A DNA stretch of 64,000 nt from Candidatus Nomurabacteria bacterium (GCA_031257295.1 JAIROX010000006.1:15392-79391), one strand, 5' to 3'; shown: positions 36,732 to 46,701, numbered from the stretch's first letter. Notes: generated from the letters alone by a model not told the origin. A program made the numbers and translations.

Positions 36732-39074
36732 ATGTATAAATCTATCCGGAAGCGGGATAACCGAACCGTCAGCTTCAAGCCCGAAAAAATAACTAGCGCG
36801 CTCACCAAGGCCGGTATGGCAACAGAAGAGTTTGACGCCAAAAAAGCCAAAGAGCTAACGAACAAAGTTTTAGAACGTGCCGAAAAAGAAATTAAAGCCA
36901 AGATCCCAACTGTTGAGCAGCTGCAAGATATCGTGGAAGAAGTTTTGATGCAGTCAAAGTACAAGAAGACGGCTCGGGCTTATGTATTATATCGCAACGA
37001 ACGCAGCCGGATTCGTAACTCTAAAAGCCGCCTAATGAACACCTACAAGACAATCGCGCACGCCATGGCAAAAGATGACGCCGACGACATTAAACGCTCT
37101 AACGCCAACGTAGATAGTGACACGGCTATGGGCAAAATGCTGCAGTTTGGCGCTGAAGGCAGTAAAGAGTTTACTAAAACATTCCTAGTTAAACCCGAAC
37201 ATGCTACCGCTCACGATGATGGCGACCTTCACATTCATGACCTGGATTTTTATGCCACAGGTACGCTAACTTGCTGTCAAACTGATCCACTGAGGCTATT
37301 TGAGCACGGTTTTAACACTGGTCACGGCTTCTTGCGCACGCCGAACAGTATAGGTAGTTACGCCGCCCTAGCTGCAATTATTTTGCAAGCCAACCAAAAT
37401 GAGCAACACGGTGGCCAGAGTATCCCGAACTTTGACTACGCCATGGCAGAAGGCGTCAACAAAACCTACCGCAAATGCGTAAAGGCAAATGCTGAAAAAT
37501 TCAGCGAGTTCACCGGCAAGGCCATCAAGCTAGATGAGAAAAAGTTAGCTGAGCTAACTTATGGCCAAACCGTCAAAAATGTAGATGACGTAGTCTTCAA
37601 CCAAGCCAAAAAAGATACCGACAAGCAAACCTTTCAGGCTATGGAAGGGTTGGTACACAACCTTAACACCATGCACTCACGAGCTGGCGCACAAGTGCCG
37701 TTTACGTCTATCAACTTCGGCACCGACATCACGCCAGAAGGCCGGCTGGTCTCGGAAGCTTTCCTGGAAGCTACCGCCAAAGGCTTAGGGCGCGGCGAAA
37801 CCCCGATTTTCCCAATCTCGGTCTTTAAAGTCAAAGAGGGCGTTAACTATAACCCAGAAGATCCGAATTACGACCTATTTAAAAGATCAATGGAAGTTAG
37901 CAGCAAGCGCTTGTTCCCGAACTTCGTATTCCTAGACGCGCCGTTCAACTACCAGTTCTATAAACCAGGACGTCCCGAAACTGAGTGCCCAACTATGGGG
38001 TGTCGCACTCGCGTCATGTCGTCAGTTTTTCCAGAAAGCAACGGTATCGCATTTGGTCGTGGCAACACTTCATTTACCACCATCAATTTACCTCGTCTTG
38101 GCATTAAGCACGGTATCGCCCTGGGTCAGCGCGGCGAGGCCGACTGGGATGGGTTTTATCGAGACTTAGATAAAATGGTTAACTTAGCAGCCGATCAGCT
38201 ATTAGAACGCTTTGAGTTCCAGGCTTCTAAAACCGTTAAAAATTTCCCATTCCTAATGGGGCAGGGCGTATGGATGGGCAGTGACAAGCTTGGTCCAAAC
38301 GATACATTACGTGACGTTATCAAACATGGCTCCTTGTCGATTGGCTTTATCGGCCTGGCCGAAACTTTGAAGGCCATGCTGGGTCAGCATCACGGCGAGT
38401 CCGAAGAAGCCGAGGAACTTGGCGTAGAGATCATTGGCCACATGCGTGATCGTATTGATGAGTTAGCCAAAAAACATCAGCTCAACTTTAGCTTGCTAGC
38501 AACACCCGCTGAAGGTATAGCTGGGCGATTTACCAAGATCGACCGCGCCGCAGTAGGTGAAATCGAAGGCGTAACCGACCGCGAGTTCTACACCAACTCG
38601 TTCCACGTGCCTGTCTACTACAATATTGGAGCGGCTAATAAAATAGCCAAAGAAGCACCGTTTCATGAACTCTGCAACGCGGGCCATATTACTTATGTTG
38701 AGCTCGACGGCGACCTGTCGCAAAACATCGACGCCTTTGAGTCAATCATTAAGAACATGCGCGAAGCCGGTATCGGCTATGGTAGTATCAACCACCCCGT
38801 AGATCGCGACCCAGTTTGTGGTTTTGCCGGGATAATCGAAGGCGATACCTGCCCATCCTGTGGCAGACACGAACGTGACGGTGAGTTTGGTTTTGAACGC
38901 CTGCGCCGCATTACTGGCTACTTAGTTGGGTCACTGGAGCGCTGGAATGACGCCAAGCAGGCTGAAGAGTCCGCCCGTGTCAAACATAACGTAGCCGGAG
39001 TCTACACTAAACAAGAAAAGTCTGATCGCGAAGTCGCTAAAAAGAGCCAGAAAAAAGCTGTCGGAAAGGCTTAA
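36732..39074 (+). CDS. nrdD: anaerobic ribonucleoside-triphosphate reductase (class III)
   Basis: N-terminal ATP-cone (IRKRDNRTVSFKPEKITSAL). C-terminal zinc site CGFAG...CPSCG and glycyl-radical motif RRITGYLVG. Confidence 0.95.
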   Translation: MYKSIRKRDNRTVSFKPEKITSALTKAGMATEEFDAKKAKELTNKVLERAEKEIKAKIPTVEQLQDIVEEVLMQSKYKKTARAYVLYRNERSRIRNSKSRLMNTYKTIAHAMAKDDADDIKRSNANVDSDTAMGKMLQFGAEGSKEFTKTFLVKPEHATAHDDGDLHIHDLDFYATGTLTCCQTDPLRLFEHGFNTGHGFLRTPNSIGSYAALAAIILQANQNEQHGGQSIPNFDYAMAEGVNKTYRKCVKANAEKFSEFTGKAIKLDEKKLAELTYGQTVKNVDDVVFNQAKKDTDKQTFQAMEGLVHNLNTMHSRAGAQVPFTSINFGTDITPEGRLVSEAFLEATAKGLGRGETPIFPISVFKVKEGVNYNPEDPNYDLFKRSMEVSSKRLFPNFVFLDAPFNYQFYKPGRPETECPTMGCRTRVMSSVFPESNGIAFGRGNTSFTTINLPRLGIKHGIALGQRGEADWDGFYRDLDKMVNLAADQLLERFEFQASKTVKNFPFLMGQGVWMGSDKLGPNDTLRDVIKHGSLSIGFIGLAETLKAMLGQHHGESEEAEELGVEIIGHMRDRIDELAKKHQLNFSLLATPAEGIAGRFTKIDRAAVGEIEGVTDREFYTNSFHVPVYYNIGAANKIAKEAPFHELCNAGHITYVELDGDLSQNIDAFESIIKNMREAGIGYGSINHPVDRDPVCGFAGIIEGDTCPSCGRHERDGEFGFERLRRITGYLVGSLERWNDAKQAEESARVKHNVAGVYTKQEKSDREVAKKSQKKAVGKA

Positions 39075-39075
39075 T

Positions 39076-39657
39076 ATGCCAGCCAACGAAGACCTCGACA
39101 AAGCAACCGTATCGAAGTCAAAAAGTTTTAGCAAAAAACCGTTAACTACGCCACAAATGGACGTTCCAGAAGGCTTCATTCGCCTAGGTGGACCCATAGA
39201 ACGTGACAATATAGTAAATGGTGACGGCCTGCGTGCAGTAGTTTGGGCACAAGGCTGCCGCCAGCATTGCCCAGGTTGCCAAAACCCTGAGACTTGGGAC
39301 GAAAACGCTGGGATTTTGGTTAAAATTGAAGACGTTAAAAACGAGCTATGCCAGATAGAAGGCCAGACCGGACTAACATTTTGCGGTGGCGAGCCACTCC
39401 TGCAAGCAGCAGCCTGCAAGGAAATTGCCGAATGGGCACGAACTGAGCTAGGCTGGAATATCTGGTCGTTCACTGGGTTGGTTTACGAAGATATCAAAGC
39501 TAGTGGCGGGCTAGAATGGGAATTTGTAAAATCGCTTGATGCGCTAATTGACGGGCCGTTTATTCTATCTCAGCGCGACCTTGGTGTACGGTTTCGTGGC
39601 TCGCGTAACCAGCGTATTCTACACCTGAAAAATGGCGATATCGTGAGCCAAGAATGA
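39076..39657 (+). CDS. nrdG: anaerobic RNR activating enzyme (radical SAM)
   Basis: CRQHCPGC (CxxxCxxC) cluster and GGEPLL. An N-terminal extension of about 35 aa precedes the core. Confidence 0.9.
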   Translation: MPANEDLDKATVSKSKSFSKKPLTTPQMDVPEGFIRLGGPIERDNIVNGDGLRAVVWAQGCRQHCPGCQNPETWDENAGILVKIEDVKNELCQIEGQTGLTFCGGEPLLQAAACKEIAEWARTELGWNIWSFTGLVYEDIKASGGLEWEFVKSLDALIDGPFILSQRDLGVRFRGSRNQRILHLKNGDIVSQE

Positions 39658-40868
39658 CGCAGCGAGTATATCTCGATCATGCTGCTACCACACCGTTAAG
39701 TGCCGAGGTTCGACAAGCCATGCAAGAGGCTTTTGGACTGTTTGGTAATGCTTCTAGCTTCCATGCGGAAGGTCGGCAAGCCGGGGCAGCTATTGAACAG
39801 GCTAGGGCCAACGTAGCAGCGGCAGTCGGCGCTGAGCTAGGCGAGATCATCTTCACATCCGGCGGATCGGAAGCCAACAACACCGTGTTGCAATCACTCC
39901 GAGAATTCCAAGGGGACTCCTTGGAAAGCGAGTTGATAGTAAGTGCGATTGAGCACCCAAGCGTGCTCATGGCAGCCAAGCGCCTGCAAAAGCGAGGTAC
40001 AAAGGTGCACTACTTACCAGTTGACCGGCTCGGGCAAGTCAAGCTAAGTGAACTCAAGAAAGTGCTAGGTGGCAAAACGGCGCTAGTGTCAGCCATGATG
40101 GCCAATAACGAGATTGGCACAGTTCAGAACATAGCAGAAATCACCAGGTTAACACATACAGCCGGAGCACTGGTGCACACCGACGCCGTGCAAGCCTTGG
40201 GCAAGATACCAATTAATGTTCATGAGCTAGGCGTTGACTACGCCACATTCTCGGCACATAAAATCGGCGGGCCGAAGGGTGTGGGTGCACTCTATGTTCG
40301 AAACGCGGCGCCATTTACGCCACTGATCGTTGGTGGTCACCAGGAGGGCAACCGACGTGCCGGCACCGAAAACACACTGGGTATAGTTGGGTTTGGCGCA
40401 GCTGCAAAGCAGGTACCGCGGTTTATAAACCAGATGGCCAAAACTAAGGTGTTACGCGACGATTTTTTTGTACAGATTTCAATTAAAATCCCGCAAATTG
40501 TACGCAACGGTGACCCGGATGGTTTGCCCAACATCCTAAACATCTCATTTGCCGGTGCAGAAGGCGAGTCAATCCTGCTAGCACTCGACGACGATGGTAT
40601 AGCCGTGTCGACTGGCTCAGCCTGCGCCTCGGGCGACACCAGCCCCTCGCACGTGCTTATGGCTATCCAGGCCGACCCAGAACTGGCCCACGGATCAATT
40701 CGTTTTAGCTTCGGGCCAGATAACACAGCCGAAGACACCGAGCGGGTTATGCAAGCTCTGCCCGGCATCATTGAAAAACTACGCGCCATGTCAACTGTGC
40801 ACAGCACGCCTCATTCGACGCCATTAGACACGAAGCGTATAATGAAAACTGGTAGAGAAGTTAGGTAG
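39654..40868 (+). CDS. cysteine desulfurase (NifS/IscS class)
   Basis: PLP lysine motif SAHKIGGPKGVGALYV and active-site loop STGSACASG. Confidence 0.93.
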   Translation: MTQRVYLDHAATTPLSAEVRQAMQEAFGLFGNASSFHAEGRQAGAAIEQARANVAAAVGAELGEIIFTSGGSEANNTVLQSLREFQGDSLESELIVSAIEHPSVLMAAKRLQKRGTKVHYLPVDRLGQVKLSELKKVLGGKTALVSAMMANNEIGTVQNIAEITRLTHTAGALVHTDAVQALGKIPINVHELGVDYATFSAHKIGGPKGVGALYVRNAAPFTPLIVGGHQEGNRRAGTENTLGIVGFGAAAKQVPRFINQMAKTKVLRDDFFVQISIKIPQIVRNGDPDGLPNILNISFAGAEGESILLALDDDGIAVSTGSACASGDTSPSHVLMAIQADPELAHGSIRFSFGPDNTAEDTERVMQALPGIIEKLRAMSTVHSTPHSTPLDTKRIMKTGREVR

Positions 40869-41639
40869 ATGAATCAGCCGCCAAAACAATCAGACTTGGA
40901 TATGTACGCAGAGCGCCTCTTAAATTCTATATCTACGCGCAGCAGTAACATGTTTGAACTCCTAAATATCGTGCACACCAACAATACCACAGATATAGTG
41001 AAGAACTTATTCGACGGCCTAAGTGAAAGTCAGCAGCAAAAAATCACCGAGCAGCTGAGCAACATCCTATCCGAAACCAGCAGCTCTAACGATAGTTCTA
41101 ACTTTTTAGCTAAGGAAAATATCATTTATTATATGGGGCGATTTGGCGGCCAAAACTCGCGAGCAACTATCAAAAAAGTCTACGCCGAGGAAACCAACGA
41201 TCACCATAAGTTCAATTTGGCATTTTCCGCCTGCTTATTAGGCGACGAGGCAGTTGAGCTCGATTTCATTTCAAAAGTGGTACCAGGCAACAAGTGGGAT
41301 CAACTTTTGCGCTCTTGGACATTAGCATTCTTTCAAAATATCGATAATCCTTACGATTTTATTGATGACGGCACTAGTGACTGGTCGGCAGCCAAAAACC
41401 CCCGAATAAAACGCCTGTCAATTAGTGATCCCAAAGCTAAAGGTTACCACAAAGCTATGCTTTTCCGGCTCTTCGACCTGACAATTCTACGGCTGTTCTG
41501 CAAGAGCCGCTCGTTTAACGACCTAACTCCGCCTGAACTCAAGGTTATAGAACAGTGCGCCAGCACATCCCCAGGAATCTCCATCGCAAAATCGGAAAAG
41601 ATAGAGCACGTCAAAAGACAGTTGCTATCGGGGGAATAA
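40869..41639 (+). CDS. hypothetical protein inserted between cysteine desulfurase and scaffold genes
   Basis: 256 aa and predicted helical, with no motif I recognise. Its start abuts the upstream stop, and its stop lies 1 nt before the next ATG, which indicates tight translational coupling. Confidence 0.7.
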   Translation: MNQPPKQSDLDMYAERLLNSISTRSSNMFELLNIVHTNNTTDIVKNLFDGLSESQQQKITEQLSNILSETSSSNDSSNFLAKENIIYYMGRFGGQNSRATIKKVYAEETNDHHKFNLAFSACLLGDEAVELDFISKVVPGNKWDQLLRSWTLAFFQNIDNPYDFIDDGTSDWSAAKNPRIKRLSISDPKAKGYHKAMLFRLFDLTILRLFCKSRSFNDLTPPELKVIEQCASTSPGISIAKSEKIEHVKRQLLSGE

Positions 41640-41640
41640 T

Positions 41641-42036
41641 ATGAACGACTGGATATATTCCGAAGAAGTTAAAGACCATTTTTTTCACCCGCGCAACGTA
41701 CTGTTTGAAGACGAGTCACTGTTTAAACACAACGCCCGCGGCATAGCCGGCAACGTAGTTTGCGGTGATCAAATGCTGATGTTGCTCAGAATAGAAGACA
41801 ACACTATTAAAGATATTCGTTGGAAAACTTATGGCTGTGCCAGCGCTATTGCCAGCACATCAGCGCTTAGCGAGATGGTCAAAGGGATGACGCTCGACCA
41901 AGCCCTAGCCATAAAAGCCGAAGACGTAGCCGAGCACTTGGGCGGCTTGCCTAAAAAGAAATTTCACTGCTCGGTACTAGGCAGCGAAGCGCTCAAGAAC
42001 GCCATCGAAAACTACCAAAATAGCCTAAATGGTTAA
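41641..42036 (+). CDS. NifU/IscU-type Fe-S scaffold (N-terminal domain type)
   Basis: The three scaffold cysteines lie in VVCGDQM, YGCASAIAS and FHCSVLG; 131 aa. Confidence 0.9.
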   Translation: MNDWIYSEEVKDHFFHPRNVLFEDESLFKHNARGIAGNVVCGDQMLMLLRIEDNTIKDIRWKTYGCASAIASTSALSEMVKGMTLDQALAIKAEDVAEHLGGLPKKKFHCSVLGSEALKNAIENYQNSLNG

Positions 42037-42072
42037 TATTTGTTAAGATAGCAATATCAACAGGAGGTTAAA

Positions 42073-42573
42073 ATGGACGAGGTTTATAGACGAAGAAGCT
42101 GCCATAAAGGATTTGCACAGTCACGCGTGGTGAGCGAAGATGATATAAGGGCGATATTAAAGGCTGGTATGAATGCGCCAAGTGCCGAAAATAGCCAACC
42201 CTGGGAATTCCTAGTATTAGAAGATCGCGGTGCGTTAGTAAAGCTTGGCAATATACATGAATGGACCAACGCTTGTGCCTCGGCCAGCCACGTGGTGATC
42301 CTGCTAGCGGAGCCAGATGAGGGCGGAATCCAAGACATCAACATGGGCATATGTGCCGAAAATATCATGCTTGAGGCTACGCACCTAGGAATCGGCAGCC
42401 TGATCATGGGTATCCATCCAGGTGACGACCAAGCACAAGAAACCATCAAGATGATGTTTGCCATACCAGACAGCTACACGGCTTACACCATGATTGCGCT
42501 GGGCTACCCAGCCGAAGCACAAGAACCAAACAACCGCTGGATCGAGTCGAAAGTTCACCGCGGGCAGTTTTAA
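42073..42573 (+). CDS. nitroreductase family protein
   Basis: RRSCHKGF N-terminal motif and APSAENSQPWEF; 166 aa. Confidence 0.85.
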   Translation: MDEVYRRRSCHKGFAQSRVVSEDDIRAILKAGMNAPSAENSQPWEFLVLEDRGALVKLGNIHEWTNACASASHVVILLAEPDEGGIQDINMGICAENIMLEATHLGIGSLIMGIHPGDDQAQETIKMMFAIPDSYTAYTMIALGYPAEAQEPNNRWIESKVHRGQF

Positions 42574-42651
42574 TTTTGTACACTTTTTTATAAAAATAAC
42601 AGATATGGTTTTGCCCAATGGTTTATAAAGTGCTATAATCTTGTAGCGCGA

Positions 42652-42726
42652 TGGGTCGTCGCCAAGTGGTAAGGCACCGGGTTTTGGTCCCGGCATTCGC
42701 AGGTTCGAGTCCTGCCGACCCAGCCA
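42652..42726 (+). tRNA. tRNA-Gln (anticodon UUG), CCA encoded
   Basis: Acceptor stem TGGGTCG/CGACCCA. Anticodon stem CCGGG/CCCGG with loop TTTTGGT. T-arm GCAGG-TTCGAGT-CCTGC, then discriminator G and CCA. The promoter is TTGCCC (42611-42616), 17-nt spacer, TGcTATAAT (42631-42639). Confidence 0.93.
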
Positions 42727-42730
42727 AAAC

Positions 42731-42766
42731 AAAACAGTCGAACCTTGTGTTCGGCTGTTTTGTTTT
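42731..42766 (+). terminator. Rho-independent terminator after tRNA-Gln
   Basis: AAAACAGTCGAAC (42731-42743) pairs with GTTCGGCTGTTTT (42749-42761). TGTTTT follows. Confidence 0.85.
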
Positions 42767-42811
42767 ACTGAGCTTGGCGGCTTTGAGCCAAAGATTCGTT
42801 AACTAATCCGC

Positions 42812-44542
42812 CTAGTCCTCAGTTAGCTCCATGTAAGCCACCTTACCAACCTTAGTCTTGGGCAAAGTTTTGCGAAACTCGATCGAGCGCGGCCACTTAT
42901 ACTTGGCTAGGTTTTGCCGACAATGTTCCATAATCTCTTCTTTAATTTTGTCGCTTGGCTTAGTGCGCCCCTTCAGCACCACAAAAGCCTTAGCCACCTG
43001 TCCGCGATATTTATCGTCAACGCCAACCACAGTAGACAGCAGCACTGAGGGCACTTTGGCTATAACATCTTCAACTTCATTTGGATAAATATTGTAGCCG
43101 CTAGAAATAATCATACGCTTCAAGCGTTGCGCAAAAAACACGTAGCCGTCTTTGTCCATATAGCCGATATCACCAGTATGTAGCCAAATTCGACCATCGG
43201 GGTGCACCTGTAGAGCTTCGTTAGTCTCAACCTCATTATTCACATAACCCTTCATAACACTCGGCGCCGAGATCACAATTTCGCCAATCTCACCAGTTTT
43301 ACGCTCAATATAGGTATCCGGCTCAACAATTTTAAAGAACGCATCCGGCACGGGCAGGCCAATTGAACCATCACGGTTCGATTCAGCCAGGTTCACACAG
43401 GTGACCGACAGGCATTCAGTCAGCCCATAACCCTGCAAAATAAACGCCTCCGAACCGTTCTTGGCCAGCAGGTTATTAACCTCTTTCATAAGCGTCGGCG
43501 CCATACTGTCACCGCCCGAAATAGTAACTTTCAAGAACGACAAGTCTAGCTTACGAATCTTTTTGTCCTTAATCATCGCTTCGAACAAAGTCGGCACGCC
43601 AACCACCAGATTTGGCTTAGTATTAGACAGAATACTATGAAATCGCTTGGCGTCAAACTTGGGGAGCATAATCGTACCACCCCCCCCACAAAAGATTGTA
43701 TGAATACCAACTCCTAGCCCAAAACCATGGAAAATCGGCATGATACCAAGCAGATTATAGCCTGGGCGCACTACTTCCGGAAAAGCTTCACGGCACTGCA
43801 CGGCCGTAGCGTTAAAAGCGTAGTTGCTAAGCGCAATACCTTTGCTTTTGCCAGTTGTGCCACCACTATACATAATCGCCGCCACGTCACTCGCGGTCAT
43901 TTTTTCGTAAGCACTGCCAACCACATATTGCCCGCGGCTCAGCAGCTCGGCCCAGTTCATCGTGTGTTTTTCTTTGGTCAAAATCTGCATCAGGTTTTTC
44001 TGGACCTCTTTAAGGTTGAAGAAATTATTAAAAAACCTGTAGCCCATCTTCGATAGCATCGGCAACGAGTCGGCAGGGGAGAGGATGATAGCACGCTCAA
44101 CTGCGGTGTCTTTTAGAATCGGCTTAACGTTTGGCCAGGCAACGTCGATGACCACCAAGATGCGGCTACCCACTAGGTTCAAGCATTCTTTAATTTCGTT
44201 GGGTGCGCTAAGCGGGTGAAAAATATTAGCTACCGCGCCAATTTTGTTAATGGCATAGATAGCCGTGATAGCCTCTGGTATGTTAGCTGAACAGATTGAA
44301 ATAGCATCGCCCTTCTTGACGCCCAAGCTAATAAAACCATGCGCCGCGCGGTCGACCTCTGCCATAAAAGTTGCATAATTTACTTTGTTACCAAAGTAGT
44401 TGTAAATCATGGCGTCGGGATACTTTTCGGCAGTTTTCAGCACTTCGTCGTACATCGAGCCCTTGGGGTACTTCAATGTCTTTTTACGCTTCTTACCGTA
44501 CTGTTTTAGCCACGGAGCGGCCACTTTTTTTGCACTCATCAC
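42812..44542 (-). CDS. long-chain fatty acid--CoA ligase (AMP-binding superfamily)
   Basis: AMP-binding motif MYSGGTTGKSKG, plus GYGLTE and TGDIGYMDKDGY. The C-terminal lysine region is present. A G8 run in the sense strand (43680-43687) encodes CGGGG. Confidence 0.9.
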   Translation of the reverse strand: MMSAKKVAAPWLKQYGKKRKKTLKYPKGSMYDEVLKTAEKYPDAMIYNYFGNKVNYATFMAEVDRAAHGFISLGVKKGDAISICSANIPEAITAIYAINKIGAVANIFHPLSAPNEIKECLNLVGSRILVVIDVAWPNVKPILKDTAVERAIILSPADSLPMLSKMGYRFFNNFFNLKEVQKNLMQILTKEKHTMNWAELLSRGQYVVGSAYEKMTASDVAAIMYSGGTTGKSKGIALSNYAFNATAVQCREAFPEVVRPGYNLLGIMPIFHGFGLGVGIHTIFCGGGGTIMLPKFDAKRFHSILSNTKPNLVVGVPTLFEAMIKDKKIRKLDLSFLKVTISGGDSMAPTLMKEVNNLLAKNGSEAFILQGYGLTECLSVTCVNLAESNRDGSIGLPVPDAFFKIVEPDTYIERKTGEIGEIVISAPSVMKGYVNNEVETNEALQVHPDGRIWLHTGDIGYMDKDGYVFFAQRLKRMIISSGYNIYPNEVEDVIAKVPSVLLSTVVGVDDKYRGQVAKAFVVLKGRTKPSDKIKEEIMEHCRQNLAKYKWPRSIEFRKTLPKTKVGKVAYMELTED

Positions 44543-45843
44543 CTACCGTCCCTCTCTTGGTATTGCTCATATATCCGTTGCCGATAAATACGTTCACCAC
44601 TATCGATCATCATCTTTTCAATAGTATCATATAGTTGCTGATTAGCCTTTTCTAGGCTGTCGTTTGAACCAATAGCCATAGGCGGAGCAAAGACGATCTT
44701 TGGGCCTTTCCTGAACGGCCGATATTCACCTATTATGGCAGCTGGCACTAATTTAGCGCCGGTTTTCTGTGCAAACCTCACGGCGCCAAACTTAAAAGGA
44801 ATTAGCAGTTGGTCGGTTTTATTACGTGTGCCTTCGGGGAAAATACCTAGAACCTGGCCTTTGTTTAGGATATCTACAACAACCTGTTTCATGGCCGACT
44901 TATCTTTGGCCTGGCGGTCGACGAACACTACACCAAAGCGGCTCATCGGCCAGCCAACCAGCTGCTTGGCGTATTCAATCTTAGCCATAAAATACATACG
45001 CCTTAGCGGCCGCCCCAGCATAATAGGGAACTGGTCGTGAACATGTTTGTGGTTAGTAGCAATCACCAATGCACCACGTTTCGGAATGTTCTCGCGACCA
45101 ACAACCTCAACTCTATAGACTAGCTGGAACACCGCTAGCACCAACGGCTTTAATAGCACCTGTAGCCACACGTGAGGCTTTTGCACCGCTCGGCTATCTG
45201 TCATTTGTTGAATAGTGCTGCGTAGTTGCTGGTTAGCTTTCTCAAGATCCTTGCCGACCACCATAGGCTCGCTGTATTCAATACTAAACTTGCCAAAAAA
45301 CGGGATCGGCCTACCAGTGATAGCCACCGGCACAACCTTCACCTTAGCGCGCTGCGCCATAGCCACAGCACCAAACTTAAACGGCAAAAGCTCCTTATTT
45401 TTGTTGGTGTGCCCCTCGGGCGCAATCGCCACAGCACCGCCACCTTTGAGCACTCTAACAGCGCCGTCCAGAGCACCAGAATTTTTACGTGCCCTGTCAA
45501 CTGGTATCAAGCCAGCGCCACCCAGCAGCCACCCGAGCGGCGGCTGGCACAAGTCAGCTTTTGCCATAAAAAACAGCATGCGGGGCAGTGTGCCCTGCAC
45601 TAACATAAAATCGAAGTCTGATATGTGGTTAAACGCAAACACCACACCACCGCGCTTCGGGATGTTGTGGCGGCCTTTGACCCGTGGCCAAAACAGCAGC
45701 CACAAGATAGGGAACAACACGACAACAGCCAGCCAATAAACCAGGCCATGTCGCGGCCTTACTTTAACCCTGCTTTCTTCATTTAGCACCGGCAAACCTG
45801 TTTTAGGGTTCAGGTTAACAGGACGCACCTTTTTATTCATCAT
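44539..45843 (-). CDS. tandem-domain lysophospholipid acyltransferase (two PlsC/LPLAT domains in one polypeptide)
   Basis: Two HX4D motifs (NHISDFD and NHKHVHD), each followed by an EG motif (APEGH and FPEGTR). TGgTAGAAT is at 45856-45848 on the minus strand. ATG codons at 45843 and 45840 lie 4 and 7 nt downstream of it. Confidence 0.85.
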   Translation of the reverse strand: MMNKKVRPVNLNPKTGLPVLNEESRVKVRPRHGLVYWLAVVVLFPILWLLFWPRVKGRHNIPKRGGVVFAFNHISDFDFMLVQGTLPRMLFFMAKADLCQPPLGWLLGGAGLIPVDRARKNSGALDGAVRVLKGGGAVAIAPEGHTNKNKELLPFKFGAVAMAQRAKVKVVPVAITGRPIPFFGKFSIEYSEPMVVGKDLEKANQQLRSTIQQMTDSRAVQKPHVWLQVLLKPLVLAVFQLVYRVEVVGRENIPKRGALVIATNHKHVHDQFPIMLGRPLRRMYFMAKIEYAKQLVGWPMSRFGVVFVDRQAKDKSAMKQVVVDILNKGQVLGIFPEGTRNKTDQLLIPFKFGAVRFAQKTGAKLVPAAIIGEYRPFRKGPKIVFAPPMAIGSNDSLEKANQQLYDTIEKMMIDSGERIYRQRIYEQYQERDGR

Positions 45844-45871
45844 ATATATTCTACCAAATAATTAAACTTGA

Positions 45872-45902
45872 AACGAGAACGCCCCGCCTTTACAGGCGGG
45901 GC
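45872..45902 (-). terminator. terminator after the lipoprotein gene
   Basis: GCCCCGCC (45881-45888) pairs with GGCGGGGC (45895-45902). GTTCTCGTTTC follows on the minus strand. Confidence 0.7.
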
Positions 45903-45919
45903 TGATACCTAAGTCTGCT

Positions 45920-46537
45920 TTACTTAGGTATTTCAATAAGCTCTCTTATTTTCAGTAGCTCAGCATACTGAGCTACTGAGATGGAGCCATCTCCGGCAGC
46001 GGCGCTGTACTTGTCGTACGTAGCGCCATCCAAGGCGAAATCGGTGGCCTCAGCCAAACGGTTGACCGTGGCCTGCATTATGACCTCGCGCCCCTCTTTG
46101 CCCTCAGGCGGAACCACTATCATGTCTAGTGGCGCCAGACGTACGGTAATCATATCTTCCAGCTGTAATCGCTTATCAGATGAAAGCATGATGCCGCTGT
46201 TTATGACTCCAGTCGCATCCGGCTTGGGCTCTACATAATTGCCATGCTCCTGGCTGTCGCCAGGCGCTATCTTGATGACCTGCTGTAGGTCAGCAGGCTT
46301 GTCGAACTTGACTGTATAGCCTCTTTTATCGACGACTACCTCATAGCTATCGAACTGAGCTATGCTGGCGACAAGTTCGCCAATCTCAAATAACCTAGCA
46401 GCCTCGTCCCGATCAACGCCCGCAACCTCATAGGTTACTGGCGGATCCGCCAAGGCCGCGGGCTCATTTTTAGCCCCACAAGCCGAGAGAGTAAAAATCA
46501 AAATAGAAAACAACAACACTGTAAAAAGCTTCTTCAT
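45920..46537 (-). CDS. lipoprotein, function unknown
   Basis: Signal peptide with the lipobox LSAC (MKKLFTVLLFSILIFTLSACG). GGAGG SD. Confidence 0.8.
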   Translation of the reverse strand: MKKLFTVLLFSILIFTLSACGAKNEPAALADPPVTYEVAGVDRDEAARLFEIGELVASIAQFDSYEVVVDKRGYTVKFDKPADLQQVIKIAPGDSQEHGNYVEPKPDATGVINSGIMLSSDKRLQLEDMITVRLAPLDMIVVPPEGKEGREVIMQATVNRLAEATDFALDGATYDKYSAAAGDGSISVAQYAELLKIRELIEIPK

Positions 46538-46701
46538 GTCACAACACCTCCTAGTGCAAACGTCCCCATACGAAGGTTAAGCAGAGCGACGCCTAATGCG
46601 TCGCAACCTTATCTTTTCATTATATCACACCAGGCGTGAAAAGTCAAGTTTAGCTATTGTGCTATACTATTAAATGACATTTTTAGGCAGAAAGGATACT
46701 T

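Noticed and set aside
42385-42732. 115-aa minus-strand ORF
   Set aside because: It overlaps the well-formed tRNA-Gln and the 3' end of the nitroreductase gene. It has no SD or promoter.
42727-42811. Integration hotspot or prophage at the tRNA-Gln 3' end
   Set aside because: There is no integrase, no att-like repeat of the tRNA 3' end, and no phage genes. The tRNA is followed directly by a terminator and the converging ligase gene.
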